From positions 50,000 to 113,999 of the forward strand of contig NIVC01002030.1 in assembly GCA_002269645.1 (NCBI GenBank): a stretch of DNA of 64,000 bases, given 5' to 3'. Position 1 is the first letter of the stretch; every line of letters starts with the position of its first letter. This document shows positions 1 through 11,299 of this stretch, piece after piece. This stretch comes from Macrostomum lignano. Taxonomy: Eukaryota. The notes beneath the pieces are model-generated. The model worked only from the letters and a program-made list of their open reading frames with translations, ran no database searches and was not told the origin of the DNA. Position numbers and translations under genes: made by a program.

Positions 1-3000
1 TGTTTACCTTGTAGTCAGTGAGTTTGTGTGTGTTTACCTTGTAGTCAGTGAGTTTGTGTGTGTTTACCTTGTAGTCAGTGAGTTTGTGTGTGTTTACCTT
101 GTAGTCAGTGAGTTTGTGTGTGTTTACCTTGTAGTCAGTGAGTTTGTGTGTGTTTTTGTTTCCTTGTTTGTTTTTTTTTATTGTGTGTTTACCTTGTAGT
201 GGTTTTGTGTGTTTACCTTGTAGTCAGTGAGTTTGTGTGTGTTTACCTTGTAGTCAGTGAGTTTGTGTGTGTTTACCTTGTAGTCAGTGAGTTTGTGTGT
301 GTTTACCTTGTAGTCAGTGAGTTTGTGTGTGTGGTACCTTGTAGTCAGTGAGTTTGTGTGTGTTTACCTTGTAGTCAGTGAGTTTGTGTGTGTTTACCTT
401 GTAGTCAGTGAGTTTGTGTGTGTTTACCTTGTAGTCAGTGAGTTTGTGTGTGTTTACCTTGTAGTCAGTGAGTTTGTGTGTGTTTACCTTGTAGTCAGTG
501 AGTTTGTGTGTGTTTACCTTGTAGTCAGTGAGTTTGTGTGTGTTTACCTTGTAGTCAGTGAGTTTGTGTGTGTTTACCTTGTAGTCAGTGAGTTTGTGTG
601 TGTTTACCTTGTAGTCAGTGAGTTTGTGTGTGTTTACCTTGTAGTCAGTGAGTTTGTGTGTGTTTACCTTGTAGTCAGTGAGTTTGTGTGTGTTTACCTT
701 GTAGTCAGTGAGTTTGTGTGTGTTTACCTTGTAGTCAGTGAGTTTGTGTGTGTTTACCTTGTAGTCAGTGAGTTTGTGTGTGTTTACCTTGTAGTCAGTG
801 AGTTTGTGTGTGTTTACCTTGTAGTCAGTGAGTTTGTGTGTGTTTACCTTGTAGTCAGTGAGTTTGTGTGTGTTTACCTTGTAGTCAGTGAGTTTGTGTG
901 TGTTTACCTTGTAGTCAGTGAGTTTGTGTGTGTTTACCTTGTAGTCAGTGAGTTTGTGTGTGTTTACCTTGTAGTCAGTGAGTTTGTGTGTGTTTACCTT
1001 GTAGTCAGTGAGTTTGTGTGTGTTTACCTTGTAGTCAGTGAGTTTGTGTGTGTTTACCTTGTAGTCAGTGAGTTTGTGTGTGTTTACCTTGTAGTCAGTG
1101 AGTTTGTGTGTGTTTACCTTGTAGTCAGTGAGTTTGTGTGTGTTTACCTTGTAGTCAGTGAGTTTGTGTGTGTTTACCTTGTAGTCAGTGAGTTTGTGTG
1201 TGTTTACCTTGTAGTCAGTGAGTTTGTGTGTGTTTACCTTGTAGTCAGTGAGTTTGTGTGTGTTTACCTTGTAGTCAGTGAGTTTGTGTGTGTTTACCTT
1301 GTAGTCAGTGAGTTTGTGTGTGTTTTACCTTGTAGTCAGTGAGTTTGTGTGTGTTTACCTTGTAGTCAGTGAGTTTGTGTGTGTTTACCTTGTAGTCAGT
1401 GAGTTTGTGTGTGTTTACCTTGTAGTCAGTGAGTTTGTGTGTGTTTACCTTGTAGTCAGTGAGTTTGTGTGTGTTTTACCTTGTAGTCAGTGAGTTTGTG
1501 TGTGTTTACCTTGTAGTCAGTGAGTTTGTGTGTGTTTACCTTGTAGTCAGTGAGTTTGTGTGTGTTTACCTTGTAGTCAGTGAGTTTGTGTGTGTTTACC
1601 TTGTAGTCAGTGAGTTTGTGTGTGTTTACCTTGTAGTCAGTGAGTTTGTGTGTGTTTACCTTGTAGTCAGTGAGTTTGTGTGTGTTTACCTTGTAGTCAG
1701 TGAGTTTGTGTGTGTTTACCTTGTAGTCAGTGAGTTTGTGTGTGTTTACCTTGTAGTCAGTGAGTTTTGTGTGTTTACCTTGTAGTCAGTGAGTTTGTGT
1801 GTGTTTACCTTGTAGTCAGTGAGTTTGTGTGTGTTTACCTTGTAGTCAGTGAGTTTGTGTGTGTTTACCTTGTAGTCAGTGAGTTTGTGTGTGTTTACCT
1901 TGTAGTCAGTGAGTTTGTGTGTGTTTACCTTGTAGTCAGTGAGTTTGTGTGTGTTTACCTTGTAGTCAGTGAGTTTGTGTGTGTTTACCTTGTAGTCAGT
2001 GAGTTTGTGTGTGTTTACCTTGTAGTCAGTGAGTTTGTGTGTGTTTACCTTGTAGTCAGTGAGTTTGTGTGTGTTTACCTTGTAGTCAGTGAGTTTGTGT
2101 GTGTTTACCTTGTAGTCAGTGAGTTTGTGTGTGTTTACCTTGTAGTCAGTGAGTTTGTGTGTGTTTACCTTGTAGTCAGTGAGTTTGTGTGTGTTTACCT
2201 TGTAGTCAGTGAGTTTGTGTGTGTTTACCTTGTAGTCAGTGAGTTTGTGTGTGTTTACCTTGTAGTCAGTGAGTTTGTGTGTGTTTACCTTGTAGTCAGT
2301 GAGTTTGTGTGTGTTTACCTTGTAGTCAGTGAGTTTGTGTGTGTTTACCTTGTAGTCAGTGAGTTTGTGTGTGTTTACCTTGTAGTCAGTGAGTTTGTGT
2401 GTGTTTACCTTGTAGTCAGTGAGTTTGTGTGTGTTTACCTTGTAGTCAGTGAGTTTGTGTGTGTTTACCTTGTAGTCAGTGAGTTTGTGTGTGTTTACCT
2501 TGTAGTCAGTGAGTTTGTGTGTGTTTACCTTGTAGTCAGTGAGTTTGTGTGTGTTTACCTTGTAGTCAGTGAGTTTGTGTGTGTTTACCTTGTAGTCAGT
2601 GAGTTTGTGTGTGTTTACCTTGTAGTCAGTGAGTTTGTGTGTGTTTACCTTGTAGTCAGTGAGTTTGTGTGTGTTTACCTTGTAGTCAGTGAGTTTGTGT
2701 GTGTTTACCTTGTAGTCAGTGAGTTTGTGTGTGTTTACCTTGTAGTCAGTGAGTTTGTGTGTGTTTACCTTGTAGTCAGTGAGTTTGTGTGTGTTTACCT
2801 TGTAGTCAGTGAGTTTGTGTGTGTTTACCTTGTAGTCAGTGAGTTTGTGTGTGTTTACCTTGTAGTCAGTGAGTTTGTGTGTGTTTACCTTGTAGTCAGT
2901 GAGTTTGTGTGTGTTTACCTTGTAGTCAGTGAGTTTGTGTGTGTTTACCTTGTAGTCAGTGAGTTTGTGTGTGTTTACCTTGTAGTCAGTGAGTTTGTGT

Positions 3001-6000
3001 GTGTTTACCTTGTAGTCAGTGAGTTTGTGTGTGTTTACCTTGTAGTCAGTGAGTTTGTGTGTGTTTACCTTGTAGTCAGTGAGTTTGTGTGTGTTTACCT
3101 TGTAGTCAGTGAGTTTGTGTGTGTTTACCTTGTAGTCAGTGAGTTTGTGTGTGTTTACCTTGTAGTCAGTGAGTTTGTGTGTGTTTACCTTGTAGTCAGT
3201 GAGTTTGTGTGTGTTTACCTTGTAGTCAGTGAGTTTGTGTGTGTTTACCTTGTAGTCAGTGAGTTTGTGTGTGTTTACCTTGTAGTCAGTGAGTTTGTGT
3301 GTGTTTACCTTGTAGTCAGTGAGTTTGTGTGTGTTTACCTTGTAGTCAGTGAGTTTGTGTGTGTTTACCTTGTAGTCAGTGAGTTTGTGTGTGTTTACCT
3401 TGTAGTCAGTGAGTTTGTGTGTGTTTACCTTGTAGTCAGTGAGTTTGTGTGTGTTTACCTTGTAGTCAGTGAGTTTGTGTGTGTTTACCTTGTAGTCAGT
3501 GAGTTTGTGTGTGTTTACCTTGTAGTCAGTGAGTTTGTGTGTGTTTACCTTGTAGTCAGTGAGTTTGTGTGTGTTTACCTTGTAGTCAGTGAGTTTGTGT
3601 GTGTTTACCTTGTAGTCAGTGAGTTTGTGTGTGTTTACCTTGTAGTCAGTGAGTTTGTGTGTGTTTACCTTGTAGTCAGTGAGTTTGTGTGTGTTTACCT
3701 TGTAGTCAGTGAGTTTGTGTGTGTTTACCTTGTAGTCAGTGAGTTTGTGTGTGTTTACCTTGTAGTCAGTGAGTTTGTGTGTGTTTACCTTGTAGTCAGT
3801 GAGTTTGTGTGTGTTTACCTTGTAGTCAGTGAGTTTGTGTGTGTTTACCTTGTAGTCAGTGAGTTTGTGTGTGTTTACCTTGTAGTCAGTGAGTTTGTGT
3901 GTGTTTACCTTGTAGTCAGTGAGTTTGTGTGTGTTTACCTTGTAGTCAGTGAGTTTGTGTGTGTTTACCTTGTAGTCAGTGAGTTTGTGTGTGTTTACCT
4001 TGTAGTCAGTGAGTTTGTGTGTGTTTACCTTGTAGTCAGTGAGTTTGTGTGTGTTTACCTTGTAGTCAGTGAGTTTGTGTGTGTTTACCTTGTAGTCAGT
4101 GAGTTTGTGTGTGTTTACCTTGTAGTCAGTGAGTTTGTGTGTGTTTACCTTGTAGTCAGTGAGTTTGTGTGTGTTTACCTTGTAGTCAGTGAGTTTGTGT
4201 GTGTTTACCTTGTAGTCAGTGAGTTTGTGTGTGTTTACCTTGTAGTCAGTGAGTTTGTGTGTGTTTACCTTGTAGTCAGTGAGTTTGTGTGTGTTTACCT
4301 TGTAGTCAGTGAGTTTGTGTGTGTTTACCTTGTAGTCAGTGAGTTTGTGTGTGTTTACCTTGTAGTCAGTGAGTTTGTGTGTGTTTACCTTGTAGTCAGT
4401 GAGTTTGTGTGTGTTTACCTTGTAGTCAGTGAGTTTGTGTGTGTTTACCTTGTAGTCAGTGAGTTTGTGTGTGTTTACCTTGTAGTCAGTGAGTTTGTGT
4501 GTGTTTACCTTGTAGTCAGTGAGTTTGTGTGTGTTTACCTTGTAGTCAGTGAGTTTGTGTGTGTTTACCTTGTAGTCAGTGAGTTTGTGTGTGTTTACCT
4601 TGTAGTCAGTGAGTTTGTGTGTGTTTACCTTGTAGTCAGTGAGTTTGTGTGTGTTTACCTTGTAGTCAGTGAGTTTGTGTGTGTTTACCTTGTAGTCAGT
4701 GAGTTTGTGTGTGTTTACCTTGTAGTCAGTGAGTTTGTGTGTGTTTACCTTGTAGTCAGTGAGTTTGTGTGTGTTTACCTTGTAGTCAGTGAGTTTGTGT
4801 GTGTTTACCTTGTAGTCAGTGAGTTTGTGTGTGTTTACCTTGTAGTCAGTGAGTTTGTGTGTGTTTACCTTGTAGTCAGTGAGTTTGTGTGTGTTTACCT
4901 TGTAGTCAGTGAGTTTGTGTGTGTTTACCTTGTAGTCAGTGAGTTTGTGTGTGTTTACCTTGTAGTCAGTGAGTTTGTGTGTGTTTACCTTGTAGTCAGT
5001 GAGTTTGTGTGTGTTTACCTTGTAGTCAGTGAGTTTGTGTGTGTTTACCTTGTAGTCAGTGAGTTTGTGTGTGTTTACCTTGTAGTCAGTGAGTTTGTGT
5101 GTGTTTACCTTGTAGTCAGTGAGTTTGTGTGTGTTTACCTTGTAGTCAGTGAGTTTGTGTGTGTTTACCTTGTAGTCAGTGAGTTTGTGTGTGTTTACCT
5201 TGTAGTCAGTGAGTTTGTGTGTGTTTACCTTGTAGTCAGTGAGTTTGTGTGTGTTTACCTTGTAGTCAGTGAGTTTGTGTGTGTTTACCTTGTAGTCAGT
5301 GAGTTTGTGTGTGTTTACCTTGTAGTCAGTGAGTTTGTGTGTGTTTACCTTGTAGTCAGTGAGTTTGTGTGTGTTTACCTTGTAGTCAGTGAGTTTGTGT
5401 GTGTTTACCTTGTAGTCAGTGAGTTTGTGTGTGTTTACCTTGTAGTCAGTGAGTTTGTGTGTGTTTACCTTGTAGTCAGTGAGTTTGTGTGTGTTTACCT
5501 TGTAGTCAGTGAGTTTGTGTGTGTTTACCTTGTAGTCAGTGAGTTTGTGTGTGTTTACCTTGTAGTCAGTGAGTTTGTGTGTGTTTACCTTGTAGTCAGT
5601 GAGTTTGTGTGTGTTTACCTTGTAGTCAGTGAGTTTGTGTGTGTTTACCTTGTAGTCAGTGAGTTTGTGTGTGTTTACCTTGTAGTCAGTGAGTTTGTGT
5701 GTGTTTACCTTGTAGTCAGTGAGTTTGTGTGTGTTTACCTTGTAGTCAGTGAGTTTGTGTGTGTTTACCTTGTAGTCAGTGAGTTTGTGTGTGTTTACCT
5801 TGTAGTCAGTGAGTTTGTGTGTGTTTACCTTGTAGTCAGTGAGTTTGTGTGTGTTTACCTTGTAGTCAGTGAGTTTGTGTGTGTTTACCTTGTAGTCAGT
5901 GAGTTTGTGTGTGTTTACCTTGTAGTCAGTGAGTTTGTGTGTGTTTACCTTGTAGTCAGTGAGTTTGTGTGTGTTTACCTTGTAGTCAGTGAGTTTGTGT

Positions 6001-9000
6001 GTGTTTACCTTGTAGTCAGTGAGTTTGTGTGTGTTTACCTTGTAGTCAGTGAGTTTGTGTGTGTTTACCTTGTAGTCAGTGAGTTTGTGTGTGTTTACCT
6101 TGTAGTCAGTGAGTTTGTGTGTGTTTACCTTGTAGTCAGTGAGTTTGTGTGTGTTTACCTTGTAGTCAGTGAGTTTGTGTGTGTTTACCTTGTAGTCAGT
6201 GAGTTTGTGTGTGTTTACCTTGTAGTCAGTGAGTTTGTGTGTGTTTACCTTGTAGTCAGTGAGTTTGTGTGTGTTTACCTTGTAGTCAGTGAGTTTGTGT
6301 GTGTTTACCTTGTAGTCAGTGAGTTTGTGTGTGTTTACCTTGTAGTCAGTGAGTTTGTGTGTGTTTACCTTGTAGTCAGTGAGTTTGTGTGTGTTTACCT
6401 TGTAGTCAGTGAGTTTGTGTGTGTTTACCTTGTAGTCAGTGAGTTTGTGTGTGTTTACCTTGTAGTCAGTGAGTTTGTGTGTGTTTACCTTGTAGTCAGT
6501 GAGTTTGTGTGTGTTTACCTTGTAGTCAGTGAGTTTGTGTGTGTTTACCTTGTAGTCAGTGAGTTTGTGTGTGTTTACCTTGTAGTCAGTGAGTTTGTGT
6601 GTGTTTACCTTGTAGTCAGTGAGTTTGTGTGTGTTTACCTTGTAGTCAGTGAGTTTGTGTGTGTTTACCTTGTAGTCAGTGAGTTTGTGTGTGTTTACCT
6701 TGTAGTCAGTGAGTTTGTGTGTGTTTACCTTGTAGTCAGTGAGTTTGTGTGTGTTTACCTTGTAGTCAGTGAGTTTGTGTGTGTTTACCTTGTAGTCAGT
6801 GAGTTTGTGTGTGTTTACCTTGTAGTCAGTGAGTTTGTGTGTGTTTACCTTGTAGTCAGTGAGTTTGTGTGTGTTTACCTTGTAGTCAGTGAGTTTGTGT
6901 GTGTTTACCTTGTAGTCAGTGAGTTTGTGTGTGTTTACCTTGTAGTCAGTGAGTTTGTGTGTGTTTACCTTGTAGTCAGTGAGTTTGTGTGTGTTTACCT
7001 TGTAGTCAGTGAGTTTGTGTGTGTTTACCTTGTAGTCAGTGAGTTTGTGTGTGTTTACCTTGTAGTCAGTGAGTTTGTGTGTGTTTACCTTGTAGTCAGT
7101 GAGTTTGTGTGTGTTTACCTTGTAGTCAGTGAGTTTGTGTGTGTTTACCTTGTAGTCAGTGAGTTTGTGTGTGTTTACCTTGTAGTCAGTGAGTTTGTGT
7201 GTGTTTACCTTGTAGTCAGTGAGTTTGTGTGTGTTTACCTTGTAGTCAGTGAGTTTGTGTGTGTTTACCTTGTAGTCAGTGAGTTTGTGTGTGTTTACCT
7301 TGTAGTCAGTGAGTTTGTGTGTGTTTACCTTGTAGTCAGTGAGTTTGTGTGTGTTTACCTTGTAGTCAGTGAGTTTGTGTGTGTTTACCTTGTAGTCAGT
7401 GAGTTTGTGTGTGTTTACCTTGTAGTCAGTGAGTTTGTGTGTGTTTACCTTGTAGTCAGTGAGTTTGTGTGTGTTTACCTTGTAGTCAGTGAGTTTGTGT
7501 GTGTTTACCTTGTAGTCAGTGAGTTTGTGTGTGTTTACCTTGTAGTCAGTGAGTTTGTGTGTTTTACCTTGTAGTCAGTGAGTTTGTGTGTGTTTACCTT
7601 GTAGTCAGTGAGTTTGTGTGTGTTTACCTTGTAGTCAGTGAGTTTGTGTGTGTTTACCTTGTAGTCAGTGAGTTTGTGTGTGTTTACCTTGTAGTCAGTG
7701 AGTTTGTGTGTGTTTACCTTGTAGTCAGTGAGTTTGTGTGTGTTTACCTTGTAGTCAGTGAGTTTGTGTGTGTTTACCTTGTAGTCAGTGAGTTTGTGTG
7801 TGTTTACCTTGTAGTCAGTGAGTTTGTGTGTGTTTACCTTGTAGTCAGTGAGTTTGTGTGTGTTTACCTTGTAGTCAGTGAGTTTGTGTGTGTTTACCTT
7901 GTAGTCAGTGAGTTTGTGTGTGTTTACCTTGTAGTCAGTGAGTTTGTGTGTTTTACCTTGTAGTCAGTGAGTTTGTGTGTGTTTACCTTGTAGTCAGTGA
8001 GTTTGTGTGTGTTTACCTTGTAGTCAGTGAGTTTGTGTGTGTTTACCTTGTAGTCAGTGAGTTTGTGTGTGTTTACCTTGTAGTCAGTGAGTTTGTGTGT
8101 GTTTACCTTGTAGTCAGTGAGTTTGTGTGTGTTTACCTTGTAGTCAGTGAGTTTGTGTGTGTTTACCTTGTAGTCAGTGAGTTTGTGTGTGTTTACCTTG
8201 TAGTCAGTGAGTTTGTGTGTGTTTACCTTGTAGTCAGTGAGTTTGTGTGTGTTTACCTTGTAGTCAGTGAGTTTGTGTGTGTTTACCTTGTAGTCAGTGA
8301 GTTTGTGTGTGTTTACCTTGTAGTCAGTGAGTTTGTGTGTGTTTACCTTGTAGTCAGTGAGTTTGTGTGTGTTTACCTTGTAGTCAGTGAGTTTGTGTGT
8401 GTTTACCTTGTAGTCAGTGAGTTTGTGTGTTTTACCTTGTAGTCAGTGAGTTTGTGTGTGTTTACCTTGTAGTCAGTGAGTTTGTGTGTGTTTACCTTGT
8501 AGTCAGTGAGTTTGTGTGTTTTACCTTGTAGTCAGTGAGTTTGTGTGTGTTTACCTTGTAGTCAGTGAGTTTGTGTGTGTTTACCTTGTAGTCAGTGAGT
8601 TTGTGTGTGTTTACCTTGTAGTCAGTGAGTTTGTGTGTGTTTACCTTGTAGTCAGTGAGTTTGTGTGTGTTTACCTTGTAGTCAGTGAGTTTGTGTGTGT
8701 TTACCTTGTAGTCAGTGAGTTTGTGTGTGTTTACCTTGTAGTCAGTGAGTTTGTGTGTGTTTACCTTGTAGTCAGTGAGTTTGTGTGTGTTTACCTTGTA
8801 GTCAGTGAGTTTGTGTGTGTTTAACTTGTAGTCAGTGAGTTTGTGTGTGTTTTAACTTGTAGTCAGTGAGTTTGTGTGTGTTTACCTTGTAGTCAGTGAG
8901 TTTGTGTGTGTTTTAGCTTGTAGTCAGTGAGTTTGTGTGTGTTTACCTTGTAGTCAGTGAGTTTGTGTGTGTTTACCTTGTAGTCAGTGAGTTTGTGTGT

Positions 9001-9430
9001 GTTTTAGCTTGTAGTCAGTGAGTTTGTGTGTGTTTACCTTGTAGTCAGTGAGTTTGTGTGTGTTTAACTTGTAGTCAGTGAGTTTGTGTGTGTTTACCTT
9101 GTAGTCAGTGAGTTTGTGTGTGTTTACCTTGTAGTCAGTGAGTTTGTGTGTGTTTACCTTGTAGTCAGTGAGTTTGTGTGTGTTTACCTTGTAGTCAGTG
9201 AGTTTGTGTGTGTTTACCTTGTAGTCAGTGAGTTTGTGTGTGTTTACCTTGTAGTCAGTGAGTTTGTATGTGTTTACCTTGTAGTCAGTGAGTTTGTGTG
9301 TGTTTACCTTGTAGTCAGTGAGTTTGTGTGTGTTTACCTTGTAGTCAGTGAGTTTGTGTGTGTTACCTTGTAGTCAGTGAGTTTGTGTGTGTTTACCTTG
9401 TAGTCAGTGAGTTTGTGTGTGTGGTACCTT
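1..9430. repeat. 30-bp tandem satellite, unit TGTTTACCTTGTAGTCAGTGAGTTTGTGTG, about 310 copies, continuing beyond the left edge of the window
   Basis: Directly visible: two identical units per 60-nt line over kilobases, with only rare 1-2 nt indels. It explains all YLVVSEFVCV ORFs. Confidence 0.99.
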
Positions 9431-9628
9431 GTATTCAGTGAGTTTGTGTCTGTTTTACTTTAATTGTATTCAGTGAGTTTGTGTCTGTTTTACTTTAATT
9501 GTATTCAGTGAGTTTGTGTCTGTTTTACTTTAATTGTATTCAGTGAGTTTGTGTCTGTTTTACTTTAATTGTATTCAGTGAGTTTGTGTCTGTTTTACTT
9601 TAATTGTATTCAGTGAGTTTGTGTCTGT
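9431..9628. repeat. 35-bp variant of the satellite forming its right edge (GTATTCAGTGAGTTTGTGTCTGTTTTACTTTAATT, ~5.7 copies)
   Basis: Shares TCAGTGAGTTTGTGT with the 30-bp unit; units start at 9431, 9466, 9501, 9536, 9571 and 9606. Confidence 0.95.
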
Positions 9629-11186
9629 TGTTAAAATCTCTCGCGTGTGAAAACGACAATGACTGTTTCTTGTATGTCCAGATATCTAGATAGCGATGTC
9701 CATAGCTCACACCCAACCCTTCGCAAACAAGAAGCACCTTCGCACACGTTCTGGGAGCAGATGAAGCTAGAAGACGGAAAAATCCATAAATCCTTTCGTC
9801 TTTGCTTGGCTGAGCTGGGGGGGGGCGGAAAGTACACCGACCGAGAGGAGGAATTCAGGATGGGATGAGGCATGGGAGTTAAGAGTTAGTTCATCTTAGG
9901 CCCTCTTACCGACCGCCTACCGCTTCTCTTGCACTCTACTGTCGGCGTGAGTTCTGTGTGTGTCGCTCAGTAATACAGATTAGGCCTGTTTACCTACCTC
10001 GATCTGATGCTTGTATCTCAGGCTACATGGGCGTGATAAAAAAACGGCTAATCCTTGTTTAAGATGCTTGTCAATAAGTCCTATTATTAATCTTAACGGA
10101 AATGTCTGTTAATTTCTATAAAATGGAAAAGTGGTACAGCTTGTACGCTCCTAGTTAGAATACATGCAGTCTAACTGGAGCACTAGATCTATAAAACTGG
10201 ATGCAAATTCTCCAGTGGCATCCGACTTCATTATTCCCTATTCCCAAACTTCAATTTCCCCAAACTTCATATATTCAAACTTCATATCTCCAAAGTTCAC
10301 ATCCGTGTCATAGTTTCTCTCTCTCTCTCTCTGTTTTCCTGCCACGCAGGGCACGATTGCTCCAGAATTTTTTTCATAGATTCGGAAAAATTCGTTTCTT
10401 GAAAAACTAGAAGCATTGGTGCACCTATAGTACAAGTTTTCTAGAATATTTCAGCTTGTTTTGAATTTAAAATAACTTAACATATACATTAAAAGAGTAT
10501 TTTAATAGATTCGAATGTATTTCGCATCACGGATCAGGAATCCGCATAAGACAATTTTTATAGCACTAAATGTTGAAAGCAGAAAACCGAATACTCGTAT
10601 ATAATTAAACTAGAGAAATGACTCAATAAGCTTGGTGGTCAAAACCTGGAGCTTAAAAGTCGAAAGTCGAAGTAAATAATTGTGCGGTAAAATTCTGTGC
10701 TGTTCTGGGCATAGAAAGTAGCTCGCATACAGTATATTACCAGCTATGTTCTAAATACGAGTAGACAGGGGCAGCGGAACAGGGGGCAGAGGGGGCAGTG
10801 CCCTCTATCTCAGTGCCAGGGAAGTGCCTTGCAGGGGAGGTTCAAGTAAGGTAGAAAAAATTGCGTTAACACTTAAAATTTAAGAAGCTTCATAAAGCAA
10901 AACATCGTTGAGCTAATACCACTGAGCCTCTGACGTAGCATAGAATCTAAATGTACTGCACTCTCTGGTCTCTCTTTCCTCTCGCCCTAGCCTTCTCCCA
11001 CGTGAACCGGCATCGCGTTTTCGCCCTTGAACTGTTACGCAACAGTAGCACGCTGTTCTCACTATGTACTAAATCAGTATGCATGCATATATGCTCCAAT
11101 ACTCGTGTACGGTCGTGAGAGGCCAACTTCTACACTCATACAAGCGAACTACTCTGAGCCATCCAAAACAGCTGGCATAAATCACT

Positions 11187-11299
11187 CGTGGTGCCTCACA
11201 AACTCGGTAAAGCTACACGTGGTGCCCCACAAACTCGGTAAAGCTACACGTGGTGCCTCACAAACTCGGTAAAGCTACACGTGGTGCCTCACGAACTCG
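11187..11299. repeat. 31-bp tandem repeat (~3.6 copies) overlapping the GCNT stop codon
   Basis: Unit CGTGGTGCCTCACAAACTCGGTAAAGCTACA is seen directly; the GCNT TAG (11275-11277, minus) lies inside one unit. Confidence 0.9.

Noticed and set aside
148-212. T-rich disruption inside the satellite
   Set aside because: Looks like garbled monomers, most simply a local read or consensus error.
1767-7574. 1935-aa ORF (YLVVSEFVCV)n and neighbouring ORFs
   Set aside because: Artefact of a stop-free frame in a 30-bp satellite; no true ATG context, no synonymous variation, no unique flanking domain.
1-9628. Regular arrays as CRISPR
   Set aside because: No unique spacers, no cas genes, and a eukaryotic context; the same applies to all other arrays.
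9631-10100. Possible solo LTR or Penelope-type terminal repeat next to the satellite
   Set aside because: No second copy, no TSD, and no hammerhead core (CTGATGA...GAAA) found.
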